From: a virus
Direction: 5' to 3' (one strand)
DNA length: 42,728 nucleotides
Virus record (IMG/VR): IMGVR_UViG_3300012793_000001
Coordinates: 1 to 42,728 of that record
How positions within the stretch are numbered: the stretch's first letter is position 1; each line of letters begins with the position of its first letter. The position numbers and the translations under genes were made by a program. A model generated the notes under the pieces. It did not search any database. It had not been told where the DNA came from and worked only from the letters and a program-made list of their open reading frames with translations. Positions 32,498-41,643 of the stretch are shown here, in pieces.

Positions 32498-33621
32498 GAC
32501 ACTGCAGCCAGACGGAACGCAGATGCTAGTTTGATACGATGGTCAAACCATGCCGTTACAACAAACAAATTAATACCAGTCTTAACGTCTTTGTCCTGTT
32601 CGTATAACGCATTGATATCATAGTTGAAATGAGAATATGAGAAGTCACCAATGACTGGAGTAACTGCTGCATCACTGAATACAACCGGTTTACCTAAAAT
32701 TTGCTCTGGTTGTGCAGTGTATAATGTAGCATTTCCATTCGCTAACGTTTCAATAATTTCAAGATAGTCAGCATAACGCATAACAATTTTTGCATTTTCT
32801 CGGTAGTCTTCATGCAAATCTGCAACTGCTCCTTTGATGGCTTTATACATGTCAGCTGCTTCGATTTTTTTAATGTTAACGACAGTCGTATCATAAAAGC
32901 TCATATGTTCTTCACCAGTTTTTGGCGTTGTTGCGAATGCTACTTTTCGTTCTTTAGCTGCCACCCCAGATTGCAAATTAGCTTCTACAGTAGTAACAAG
33001 ATTAGTGTTTGTTCCCAACAGAATGGTTTCAGAAATACCGGTAAATACTTTGAATTTATTGCGTGTAAACGAAACTGTGTCACCTGTTGCTTTAAGTTCT
33101 TTAGCTGTTTCTTTGTCCGCAATAAAGTCATCGTCATCGAGCGTGAAAGTAACTTTTGGAATTTCCAAATTTGGAATGCTTGTAATAGTTGATAAACCGC
33201 GAAGCTGATTTTTAACTACTGGATCAGAGATAACATCATTTGCAACAGTCTTAGGCAAGAATTTACCTCCACCTGTACTGTCGTCACCTAATACTTGGTA
33301 TACATCTGTTGGCACTGCTTCTTTTGCCATAGTTTTGCGGATTAATTCAGCTTTAGCATCAATTACTTTTTGTTTAGGATCGCTTGATTCTGAAAAGTTG
33401 CCTTTTGCTAAGCTGGCTTTCTGCTCGGCTTCTAATTGGTCATGCTGATTTTTGATAATTTCAAATCGTTGCTGCAAATCTCCCTTTGTTTGATTCAATT
33501 GATTCAATTCATCCATAGATGTTTTCGGATCAGCAGCTTTTTGAGTAATATCGTCATTTGTTTTTTGAATTTGGTTACCAATTGTAGCCATATCTTGTTT
33601 TAATTCGAAAATTGTTTTCAT
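32491..33621 (-). CDS. Major capsid protein (HK97 fold, with an N-terminal coiled-coil delta-like region)
   Basis: 376 aa. Follows the prohead protease gene. N-terminal coiled coil. Confidence 0.9.
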   Translation of the reverse strand: MKTIFELKQDMATIGNQIQKTNDDITQKAADPKTSMDELNQLNQTKGDLQQRFEIIKNQHDQLEAEQKASLAKGNFSESSDPKQKVIDAKAELIRKTMAKEAVPTDVYQVLGDDSTGGGKFLPKTVANDVISDPVVKNQLRGLSTITSIPNLEIPKVTFTLDDDDFIADKETAKELKATGDTVSFTRNKFKVFTGISETILLGTNTNLVTTVEANLQSGVAAKERKVAFATTPKTGEEHMSFYDTTVVNIKKIEAADMYKAIKGAVADLHEDYRENAKIVMRYADYLEIIETLANGNATLYTAQPEQILGKPVVFSDAAVTPVIGDFSYSHFNYDINALYEQDKDVKTGINLFVVTAWFDHRIKLASAFRLAAVSK

Positions 33622-33624
33622 TTA

Positions 33625-34347
33625 TTAAAGTCCTCCTATAATTGCGCCAATCAAGGCATTGTTTTGTTTTGCTTCTTCGATCATTTTTTGTCTAGCTTTT
33701 TCTTCGTTTAGCGATTGAGTCGTTGACTCAAACTCTTTAGGAACGTTGTTATACTTTTGAAACAATTCCTTGCTGACACAAGCAGCAATTTGCACTGTTT
33801 CTGTAACTTCGTCACACAGCCCAATTTCTAACGCTTCAACTGCTGATAGCCATGTTTCTTCATCCATGATTTGCTTGATCTTTGCTTCGCTTAGCTTGTC
33901 GCCGCCTTTAGATAAGTAAGTGATTACTGAAGACTCTGCGATTTTGTCTAAGTCATCTGCTTGTTTGCGTAACGCTTTAGCATTGCCTACGCTGTAGGTC
34001 CAAGGGTTATGAATCATTAACATGCTGTTTTCAGGCATTACTACCTTGTCAGCACTAGCGACAATCACACTTGCAATTGAGGCAGCCAAAGCATCTACAT
34101 GCGCTACGACCGTCGCTTTGTGTTGTTTCAGCATGTTTCCAATTGCAATTCCTTCGAAAACAGACCCGCCAGGGGAATTCACATGTAAATTAATCTGCTC
34201 AATATCACCTAACGCCTTTAAATCTTTTTGAAAACTAGCCGCTGTCGTGTCGGTGTCGTCCCATTTATATGAGACAATTTCTCCATAAATTGAGATGTCA
34301 GCCTCTTTTATATTGGCTGACTGCTTCACTTCCCAAAACTTTTTCAC
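33625..34347 (-). CDS. ClpP-like prohead serine protease
   Basis: INSPGGSVFEGIAIGNMLK and AASIASVI (Ser) are ClpP/S14-family motifs. Start set to GTG 34347 after GGGAGGTGG. Confidence 0.88.
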   Translation of the reverse strand: MKKFWEVKQSANIKEADISIYGEIVSYKWDDTDTTAASFQKDLKALGDIEQINLHVNSPGGSVFEGIAIGNMLKQHKATVVAHVDALAASIASVIVASADKVVMPENSMLMIHNPWTYSVGNAKALRKQADDLDKIAESSVITYLSKGGDKLSEAKIKQIMDEETWLSAVEALEIGLCDEVTETVQIAACVSKELFQKYNNVPKEFESTTQSLNEEKARQKMIEEAKQNNALIGAIIGGL

Positions 34348-34381
34348 TTTTCCACCTCCCTTCAAGGCAAAATAAAAAGAC

Positions 34382-35614
34382 CTAACTTTTTTCAGTTACG
34401 TCTTGAGTGCTTTTATTTGATTTTCGTAATGTAGGATCCATTTCCAATGGATACATATCGCCGGATATCCATAATTCAGAGGCTTTGCCGCCCTTCGGTG
34501 GTAACTCTTCAAGCATTCTGACCTCGTCTTGGGCCATCCAGCCGTCTCTAATTGCTCCATGATAGAATGCCTGTCGTGCAGCTGAATCACCTCTTAAAAG
34601 AGCATTGAGATTGAATTTAAAATAAATACCATTAATACGCTCTTTAGAAGTTAAAATCTTCTTGTTGAATTCTCGTTCATACTGTTTAACAATTGGAGAG
34701 AGAGTCATATTAACAAACAGTTGCATTAGTTGCTCGTTCGAAGAAAAACTATCGCTCGATTTATTCAGGAATACCCCAGGTACGTTATAAACATTTGCTA
34801 TTCTATCTCTTGTGATATTCTCAGATATCTCCATATCTCCAGCCACAAAACTTCTTGCCATTTCCTTGATTTCAACACCAGGTTCTTGAAATAGCACTCC
34901 ACCATTTTCTTCATAGAATCGCTTGAAGTCTTCGACTACCGCTGTCCTTTTCTCATCATCTACGTTCGCCGAATAAGTCAATATGAAAGAATCTCTCAAA
35001 GACTGCATTTCTTTTAAAGAAAACTGTCTAACTGCTTTATCGAACTCATTTGAGTTCTTCAAAACTGCAATCGGGCTTATCCCCTTCCAATTTCCATTTC
35101 CAGCAATGTGTCTTACATGAATAACGTCAGAATTATGCAAATAGAAGGTTTTACCATCACTGTTTACTTGGTACCACAGTTCCTTTGATTGTTGTTCAAT
35201 TACTGGCTCAACATAATTTGGATTGAAAGGAACTAATTTATCAAATTGTCCTCGAATATCTCTAAAAATCAATGCATACCCATTACCGTTAGTGTTCCTA
35301 CTGACTTCTAAAACATTTATTACCATATCTAGAGTTTGATTAGGGTTTGGATAATAAACGAGCTTATCCATTTGTTCATCAAATTGCTGATCGTAGTTTT
35401 TGTACTTTTTAAATGGCAAACTGGATAAGGTATTAGATAATCTTGAAACAATAGAAAAAATATTTTCATTTGTTTCAAGTGTTCCATTCTCAATTCCAAA
35501 AAAGGTACGTCCGAACCATTTAGTAAAATCGCTCTTTGTAGAATAATCATTGATAATCGATTGTCTTACAAACTCAGGAGTCAATTTATTGACTACCTTT
35601 TGAAATATATTCAC
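34382..35614 (-). CDS. Portal protein (HK97 family)
   Basis: Called from size and its position after TerL. Start set to GTG 35614 after GGGAGGTGG. Confidence 0.88.
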   Translation of the reverse strand: MNIFQKVVNKLTPEFVRQSIINDYSTKSDFTKWFGRTFFGIENGTLETNENIFSIVSRLSNTLSSLPFKKYKNYDQQFDEQMDKLVYYPNPNQTLDMVINVLEVSRNTNGNGYALIFRDIRGQFDKLVPFNPNYVEPVIEQQSKELWYQVNSDGKTFYLHNSDVIHVRHIAGNGNWKGISPIAVLKNSNEFDKAVRQFSLKEMQSLRDSFILTYSANVDDEKRTAVVEDFKRFYEENGGVLFQEPGVEIKEMARSFVAGDMEISENITRDRIANVYNVPGVFLNKSSDSFSSNEQLMQLFVNMTLSPIVKQYEREFNKKILTSKERINGIYFKFNLNALLRGDSAARQAFYHGAIRDGWMAQDEVRMLEELPPKGGKASELWISGDMYPLEMDPTLRKSNKSTQDVTEKS

Positions 35615-35628
35615 CGTTCCACCTCCCT

Positions 35629-37473
35629 TCATCGCTTCAACATGTCTCTCACAGATATGAACCCAACATTCCCATTCCCTTGAGGCTTAGCAAACATCTC
35701 GACCACAGAACAATGACTGTTTACCAAAGCCGCAAATCCATCGATTTTACGAGATTTAGATTGTTTTGTTGGCATCCAATTTCCATTCCTATCTTTGATT
35801 AGTTTCACATTACTCAAATACCATCGAAACATCTTTTTTCGGTTATAAATTACTTTTCCAGATAAAAACATTTCTTTGAGGTGTTTCATTGGTCCACCCA
35901 ATGTTAAGTAACCTTGTATTGCTTCTTCCATAACAAAACCGTAGTCAATTAGCATCTGATTCAAAATCAGGCTATTTCTTCGGTCGTATCGTATTTTTGA
36001 TATTTTATATTTCTTGGATTGCTCGACAAACCAATCGAAAACATATTGATAATCCACATATGATCCAGGAGTTATTGTAAGTGAACCTTCTTTAATCCAT
36101 GCATCTAGCCTCTGTTGATTATTATCTTTATCATATCTCGCTTGACTTATCCAACTATGTTCCAAAACCGCAATTTCACCAGTTTCCAATAATGGGAATT
36201 CCAAATCCGCTGAGGTAAAATCTTCCGTTTCAGCTAAGTCATATCCGGCTACCGCTTCTCTACCAACTAAGGTTTCAAAATCTATCACCTTCTCGTTTTG
36301 ATTTATTGTCTGCATATCTAAGAAGGATAATTCGTCAATATCAGAGAAAAGGTTAAACTGTTTCGTTATCCAATCAGCAAGCTCTTGTGGATTTTTTTTA
36401 TCTTGTTTGTAGTCAGTTATTAAATTAACAACATCCATTAAACACAGGTTAGGATTTGCTTTTATCCACATCTTAGGATTATCAGCTTCTGAAGCATTAT
36501 CAAGTTGTGCTAAATAGTAAAAGAACCGTTCATCTAGATCATCTTCTAAATGTTCCAAACAATCCTTTCCGTTTTCATAGAAATCCATCAAAGGTCCATC
36601 TAAAACCGTACCTGCTGTAGTAATATACATTATCAGTGGTTGCCGTCGCATTCCGCGAGATCTTTTCATGACATTTATTAAAATATAATTGACGAAATCA
36701 TGAACTTCGTCAAAACATCCGAAATGTAAGTTTTCTCCATCTTTTTTCTTCTCCGCTGACATCGCAACCATAACGCAGTTCTTAGCTGGAAACTTAATTT
36801 CTCTTGCCATTGCCTTGAACCTTTTAGTTAAATATGGTGAAGCTTCAATCATTGCTTTAGCTTCTTCAAACAAAATATTAGATTGCTTCTGTGAGTTTGC
36901 TAGGATGTATACATTAGCCCCATTCTCTCCGTCCTCCCCCAACATATAGTTGGAAAGTCCTGATACAATCGTTGTTTTACCGTTTTTACGTCCTACAAAT
37001 TCTAATGCTTCACGATATTTCCTAATACCTGTATCTCTGTGAACCCATCCATAAGTTCCGCCTATAATAAAATGTTGCCAAGGTTGTGCAACAATCTGAT
37101 TAAAATCTCCTTTAGATGGCTTACACTTCTTTTCGAGAAAACGAATTGGCCTGTGCGCTTTTTCTTCGTCGAACACCCAAGGAAAACCATCAGTCCCCTG
37201 TCTTTTCAGATCTCTAAGGTGCCTTTTTGCTGCCAAAATAACCAATTCACTTGCAGGCATTTGAGGATCCCAAGGAGACCATTCTTGTTGGTTTGGCAAG
37301 TTACCGAAGTCAATAACTCTTTCCGCATACCATGTTGTAAGAAGCTCGGGATAAGGCTCTAGCAAATAGCCTCCCCAACTTGCCATCCCATTTTTAAAGT
37401 CCTCCCACCAAGCTTCTAGCTCGGTATAAGTCATATCAATAATTGGTTTAGTAGTCATCGTCATCATCTTCAT
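35629..37473 (-). CDS. terL: Terminase large subunit
   Basis: Walker A (VGRKNGKTT), Walker B (GCFDEVHDF) and a C-terminal nuclease domain. The exact start among several ATGs is uncertain. Confidence 0.93.
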   Translation of the reverse strand: MKMMTMTTKPIIDMTYTELEAWWEDFKNGMASWGGYLLEPYPELLTTWYAERVIDFGNLPNQQEWSPWDPQMPASELVILAAKRHLRDLKRQGTDGFPWVFDEEKAHRPIRFLEKKCKPSKGDFNQIVAQPWQHFIIGGTYGWVHRDTGIRKYREALEFVGRKNGKTTIVSGLSNYMLGEDGENGANVYILANSQKQSNILFEEAKAMIEASPYLTKRFKAMAREIKFPAKNCVMVAMSAEKKKDGENLHFGCFDEVHDFVNYILINVMKRSRGMRRQPLIMYITTAGTVLDGPLMDFYENGKDCLEHLEDDLDERFFYYLAQLDNASEADNPKMWIKANPNLCLMDVVNLITDYKQDKKNPQELADWITKQFNLFSDIDELSFLDMQTINQNEKVIDFETLVGREAVAGYDLAETEDFTSADLEFPLLETGEIAVLEHSWISQARYDKDNNQQRLDAWIKEGSLTITPGSYVDYQYVFDWFVEQSKKYKISKIRYDRRNSLILNQMLIDYGFVMEEAIQGYLTLGGPMKHLKEMFLSGKVIYNRKKMFRWYLSNVKLIKDRNGNWMPTKQSKSRKIDGFAALVNSHCSVVEMFAKPQGNGNVGFISVRDMLKR

Positions 37474-37903
37474 CTTGAGCCATTTTTATAGCCAGTTTTG
37501 CTCTTGCTGAAGGTGATAGTCCTAAGTCACTACCAAAAGAACGCATATTTTTTGAACAAGTATCAAGTTGCTTTATCAAAGGATTACCGATAGACTCAGG
37601 ATTCTCAGCCTGAACTAAACTTGCTTGTGCTTGGAGTTTCATATGTTCTGAGTACCAATAGCAATACATCGCTAAGGGATAAACATCCCCATTGGTGATC
37701 AATTCAATATGGAGCAATTCTTCTGACAAAAATTTAAAGGCCCTAACTGCTGTATTATCTAACCAGTTAGGAGCCTTTATTTTGTCAGTGCGCATTTGAA
37801 GCTTCTCTTCCGCTTCAGCGCGCTTTTTTAAATCCTTGGTATTCTTTTTGTTTGGATTACCGTTTAACAATTGTAATTTTGCGCTTTTTGCTGGTTGCGG
37901 CAT
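37448..37903 (-). CDS. terS: Terminase small subunit (P27 family)
   Basis: MPQPAKSAKLQLLNGNPNKK...APNWLD...GLSPSARAKL is typical of the P27 family. The upstream part of the 228-aa track ORF was rejected. Confidence 0.85.
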   Translation of the reverse strand: MPQPAKSAKLQLLNGNPNKKNTKDLKKRAEAEEKLQMRTDKIKAPNWLDNTAVRAFKFLSEELLHIELITNGDVYPLAMYCYWYSEHMKLQAQASLVQAENPESIGNPLIKQLDTCSKNMRSFGSDLGLSPSARAKLAIKMAQDEDDDDDY

Positions 37904-37929
37904 CTTATCACCTTCTTTATAAAAAAATA

Positions 37930-37967
37930 TTGAAAACGATATCAATAGTATTATAATAATGATATCG
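37930..37967 (+). promoter_or_regulatory. Promoter TTGAAA-16-TATAAT, bracketed by the perfect 8-bp inverted repeat CGATATCA/TGATATCG (37937..37944 and 37960..37967)
   Basis: Read directly. The -10 core attataat is itself palindromic. Confidence 0.6.
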
Positions 37968-38004
37968 ACTGAGATACGTCGAAATATAACTAGGAGGCAT
38001 ACAA

Positions 38005-38169
38005 ATGGGAGAATTATACAAACCTGGCGAAGACAACAAACCCAAAGGAACTTATAAAGAAGTTGGTCCTCGCGGCGGTAAAGTACCAGGCGGAAGAGAA
38101 GTAAATATCGATCCAGGCGATAGATTACCACCAACTTCTGAAAAAGGGAATAAATGGGAAAAACAATAA
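38005..38169 (+). CDS. YjzC-like small protein, 54 aa (MGELYKPGEDNKPKGTYKEVGPRGGKVPGGREVNIDPGDRLPPTSEKGNKWEKQ)
   Basis: Hand translated. TAGGAGG RBS 7 nt upstream. The GxYxEVGPRGG...LPPT pattern resembles the Bacillus YjzC family. Confidence 0.55.
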   Translation: MGELYKPGEDNKPKGTYKEVGPRGGKVPGGREVNIDPGDRLPPTSEKGNKWEKQ

Positions 38170-38250
38170 AACCGTCTGCAGATGATCAATAAGCTTGGTC
38201 AGCTCTTTCTTTAAAAAAGTTGAAAAGCGGTAATTTTGTGAAGGAAAGAC

Positions 38251-38299
38251 TGCACCGTTCTTCGCCGGCCCTCCTAAAAACTTTCGACAGTAGGGGGGC
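38251..38299. other. Candidate cos region: a locally GC-rich patch with a 9-bp inverted repeat GCCCTCCTA/TAGGGGGGC
   Basis: Lies between the HNH and terS genes, the usual place for cos in HNH-dependent cos phages. tgcaccgttcttcgccggccctcc stands out in an AT-rich genome. Confidence 0.3.
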
Positions 38300-38325
38300 T
38301 ATTGTTGTTTTATCAAGTTTTCTAG

Positions 38326-38646
38326 TCATCTTTCATTATTTGCAAAGAATTTAACCACATTGATTTTAGCCTTTGCTTTAGCCTTTCCTCCACTTCGTTC
38401 TGGGTGTTCTCGGTTATGGCAAGCATCACACACTAACTCTAGATTGTTCTCACACCAGAAGAGTGTAATATCTTCCCTTGCTTCTACAATGTGATGGACC
38501 ACTGTACCTCTTGTGTATCTCTTACGTCTCTTACACTCTTGGCATAACCCAAAGTCACGCTGGATAATCGTCTTTCTTAGCTTCCTCCACCTAGTAGTTT
38601 TATAAAGCTTATCAATGTCGTCTCTTGGTCTTGCATAGCGATTCAT
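38326..38646 (-). CDS. HNH endonuclease (packaging-associated)
   Basis: CQECKRR...VHHIV...CDACHNREH motif. Adjacent to the terminase genes. Confidence 0.88.
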   Translation of the reverse strand: MNRYARPRDDIDKLYKTTRWRKLRKTIIQRDFGLCQECKRRKRYTRGTVVHHIVEAREDITLFWCENNLELVCDACHNREHPERSGGKAKAKAKINVVKFFANNER

Positions 38647-38680
38647 TTAATATCATCACAATTTAAGATGCAGTTTAATT

Positions 38681-38902
38681 TCACATTCCATACCTCCTTA
38701 ACCTCTCTGCAATATGCGGATCACTCTTCCAGCCATGCCCGATGTATATCAACCTATGTCGATCGATATACTCGCCACTAAATTGCTGATAGCATTCAAG
38801 CAATGTGTGCTTTGGTTTCAACTCCGCTTGTCGGATGTTCTTATGCCTAAGTATTCCTACTGACAGTTGGATATAATAGTAATATCTCGGCTTAGATGTC
38901 AT
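38681..38902 (-). CDS. Hypothetical protein (73 aa)
   Basis: ORF overlapping the stop of the upstream gene by 11 nt. Confidence 0.5.
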   Translation of the reverse strand: MTSKPRYYYYIQLSVGILRHKNIRQAELKPKHTLLECYQQFSGEYIDRHRLIYIGHGWKSDPHIAERLRRYGM

Positions 38903-40103
38903 ACGTCACCCTCAACCTTTCACTATCATATTCAAACAACTGCAGTACTTTTTTGCCCATCGTCCAACCGTTCTCGATCTCGTAGCTGTCATTCGGCTTA
39001 ATGGTCCCTAACTGACGATGGATCACACCTTGATAGTCGTTCGTCTGCTGCGTGTGGAAATGACCAGTGATTATCTCTCGTGTAGTTGCCTTACTCCATA
39101 TATCGCTAAACTCAGTAGCAAACAGCATAGGTAAATCCTTCCGCTTGCCATACTGCCCATGAGTAATCATGATCGCCACGTTATCCAACATGAACGCTTG
39201 TCGATATTTGTTGTGTGCGTGTACTTGGATGTCCGGATACTTGGCTTCTAGGTATAGGAGAAACATATACTCGATCGATCCGCTATGGTTCCCTTCAGCA
39301 TGTTCAACAGTCACTTGCTTCGAATGTCTCACACACTCAGTAATCAACAGGTCAAAAAAGGAGCGAGCGTCTTTAATCGCTTGCTCCATATCCACATCAT
39401 CTAGTTGTGTGCCAGCCATCGTGACTGACTTCTTGATTTGACTACTATGAAATAAATCTCCTAGCTGACCAATAACAATCTGCTTATAGCCTTTTGAGAT
39501 AACTTCGATCATTCTAGCTAGCTTATCCTTTAGATCCTCTAGCTTAGTAATACCAAAATGCCAATCAGCCAAACCGATGAATAAGTTTCTTTCGCCTGTC
39601 TTGATCGAAGTTAGTTTTACTGGTTCGATTGATTCGTTGAAGGCTGCTAAGTTAAATCCTTTAGGTTTCGGTCTAACAACTATCTTCGACTGATAAAGCT
39701 GTATAAGTCCATCTACTTGGTTGTTCTGTTCCCAGATATTGTTTGTCGCTTGGACCAGTTCCCAATTTTCCGGATCATAGCCGTGCGCTTGTAACACATA
39801 ATTAGGATCTTTTGATTGCTCTTCAGTCATACGTAACTTGATAAGATTTGTTTGCGTGCCGTCTGCTTTGATTTCAGTTGATGCTACATTTTGTTTTAGT
39901 TTATTAGACTTCTTCACGCGCATATTCTTTTCGCTCGGTGGCAACTTCAACCTGGCACGTTTACTCCTAACGCTTGGCCAAGAAAACTCTTTGCCGAATT
40001 CCTCTGATAGCTTAGGCGCTATCTCAATATTAGTTAGTCCTTCATTTGCCAATTCCGACAATCGCTTGACCTGCTGTTCCGTCCATTTAGTAATGATTAC
40101 CAC
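38892..40103 (-). CDS. Metallophosphoesterase (Mre11/SbcD-like calcineurin fold) with an N-terminal HTH-like segment
   Basis: ADWHFG, LGDLFHS, EGNHSG, ITHGQYG and GHFH motifs. The N-terminus WTEQQVKRLSELANEGLTNIEIAPKL looks HTH-like. The start is uncertain (GTG 40103, just after the upstream terminator, is preferred). Confidence 0.7.
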   Translation of the reverse strand: MVIITKWTEQQVKRLSELANEGLTNIEIAPKLSEEFGKEFSWPSVRSKRARLKLPPSEKNMRVKKSNKLKQNVASTEIKADGTQTNLIKLRMTEEQSKDPNYVLQAHGYDPENWELVQATNNIWEQNNQVDGLIQLYQSKIVVRPKPKGFNLAAFNESIEPVKLTSIKTGERNLFIGLADWHFGITKLEDLKDKLARMIEVISKGYKQIVIGQLGDLFHSSQIKKSVTMAGTQLDDVDMEQAIKDARSFFDLLITECVRHSKQVTVEHAEGNHSGSIEYMFLLYLEAKYPDIQVHAHNKYRQAFMLDNVAIMITHGQYGKRKDLPMLFATEFSDIWSKATTREIITGHFHTQQTNDYQGVIHRQLGTIKPNDSYEIENGWTMGKKVLQLFEYDSERLRVTYDI

Positions 40104-40116
40104 CTCGCTTTTCTGC

Positions 40117-40146
40117 AAAATAAAAAGCCACTCGTTATGAGTGACT
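40117..40146 (-). terminator. Intrinsic terminator downstream of the free-standing metallophosphoesterase gene
   Basis: On the minus strand: AGTCACTC-ataac-GAGTGGCT (one G-U pair) followed by TTTTTATTTT. Confidence 0.7.
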
Positions 40147-40231
40147 AGGGTTCTATGTAACAAGTTTTCGCTGACTGGCAGTCGGGATAACTATAAACCC
40201 TAATAACTTTAAACATATACTACTTTAATAG

Positions 40232-41623
40232 TTAGAAACTGATTTCCCTGTCATTTCCAGCTCCAAATCGCGTGAAATAGACTTTTCTTGTATCAAAGTT
40301 AACATTGACAATGTCAAAAGCATCTTCTGTTTTAGACCATAAAGTTCTTAACGGCTTAATATCACTAACAGGTTCACCGCTTTCAGCCAATGAACATAAT
40401 GTCTGAACATAGTTTATTCCATTAACCTTAGCGTTTCGATCATTATGATGGTGACCATTTAGTACACAGATTAATCTATTAAGAGGTTTGCTCTTAAAAT
40501 CATATTCAACGGTAGTTTGGTAGTAATCTGCAGGAAAACGATTATCCAAGTATGTTGTTGTAGCACTTCCTGATGAACTACTTTGAAATGCTTCAAGAAT
40601 ACTCTTTACCACAGATCCATTCATCTGCTCATCTGCTGCCGTTGGATAGATTGTTTTTGCTAAAGATTGATGCATACCAACTATTACATAATAATCATTT
40701 GGTACAGTCTTAAGTGTTTCGATCAAAAATGCTACTTGCTCTTTTCCAAATCCACTTCTTGAACTAATATCAACAGACGCTTTGCCATTATTTACAACAA
40801 GAGGATTATCGAAATTATTCAACATAATTACACGTACTTTTTTATCCGTGAAATCTTTGAAATAATAGTCTTTCTTTCCATCTGGTTTTACAATTCCATA
40901 TTTTAAAAGTGGCTGCATAAACACAGGATAACGTTTCTCAATATCCAGCAAGTCATTTGGATTTAAGCCATTTGCATTAGCATAAATACCATTAATATCA
41001 TGATTTCCCAGTGCAAATAAGGAAGGTACCTCACTTGCAAAAAAGACTTCGAATGCTTCACTAAGTGATCTTAATGTGCCAGTACCATTTTCTGTACCAT
41101 CAACAATATCACCAAGATGAATTCGGCAATCAAGATTTACAAGATTAGTAATTCTATTGACATTTTCCAAATGATTATTTCCATGTAATTTTTCGTTCAC
41201 TCGATTAACAGGTACTCTTTGATAGTGAGAGTCCGTAATATTTACAAAACAAAAGTCTTTATCTGTCATTTTTTTCTTAGCTTTCAAAGCTTTATCCGCA
41301 ATCTCTTCTCGGAAATAATAGTGACCATTATCGGTTACTTCTTGCCATAAAATATAGTTGTCAGTTGAAGCAGGATCTGAATAAGCATTACGTATACCAA
41401 TGAAACTTCTTTTTTGGAAGAAATAATCCATTCGTACTGTTTTTCTCTCACTCCAACCATTAATGATTTCTATACTACACATCCCGGTTAGATTAAACGG
41501 ACGGTTCTTGACTGTATCTGCAATACTACCAGTATAGAATCCAGAGTTTAATTGCAAAATGTCTGTGAAATTACTAGGAAAAGATTTTGGTTGTCCACTT
41601 GCTTGTACTAATTCATATACCAT
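40232..41623 (-). CDS. Free-standing calcineurin-type metallophosphoesterase (463 aa), paralogous to the C-terminal domain of the Tal-like protein
   Basis: ITDSHY, HLGDIVDG, LGNHDING, GMHQS and NGHHHNDR motifs, colinear with the motifs of 21230..22215. AAGGAGTG RBS. Confidence 0.85.
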   Translation of the reverse strand: MVYELVQASGQPKSFPSNFTDILQLNSGFYTGSIADTVKNRPFNLTGMCSIEIINGWSERKTVRMDYFFQKRSFIGIRNAYSDPASTDNYILWQEVTDNGHYYFREEIADKALKAKKKMTDKDFCFVNITDSHYQRVPVNRVNEKLHGNNHLENVNRITNLVNLDCRIHLGDIVDGTENGTGTLRSLSEAFEVFFASEVPSLFALGNHDINGIYANANGLNPNDLLDIEKRYPVFMQPLLKYGIVKPDGKKDYYFKDFTDKKVRVIMLNNFDNPLVVNNGKASVDISSRSGFGKEQVAFLIETLKTVPNDYYVIVGMHQSLAKTIYPTAADEQMNGSVVKSILEAFQSSSSGSATTTYLDNRFPADYYQTTVEYDFKSKPLNRLICVLNGHHHNDRNAKVNGINYVQTLCSLAESGEPVSDIKPLRTLWSKTEDAFDIVNVNFDTRKVYFTRFGAGNDREISF

Positions 41624-41643
41624 GTTCTAATCACTCCTTCACT

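Noticed and set aside
34382-35632. MKGGG N-termini shared by the portal and protease track ORFs, as a possible conserved signal
   Set aside because: The shared peptide is only the translation of the ribosome-binding site GAAGGGAGGTGG. The real starts are the GTG codons 8-9 nt downstream.
37904-38134. N-terminal 77 codons of the 228-aa track ORF, which would extend terS upstream
   Set aside because: The translation is hydrophobic nonsense, and it lies antisense to a plus-strand gene with a strong RBS and promoter. The canonical P27 TerS N-terminus (MPQPAKSAKL) starts at the internal ATG 37903.
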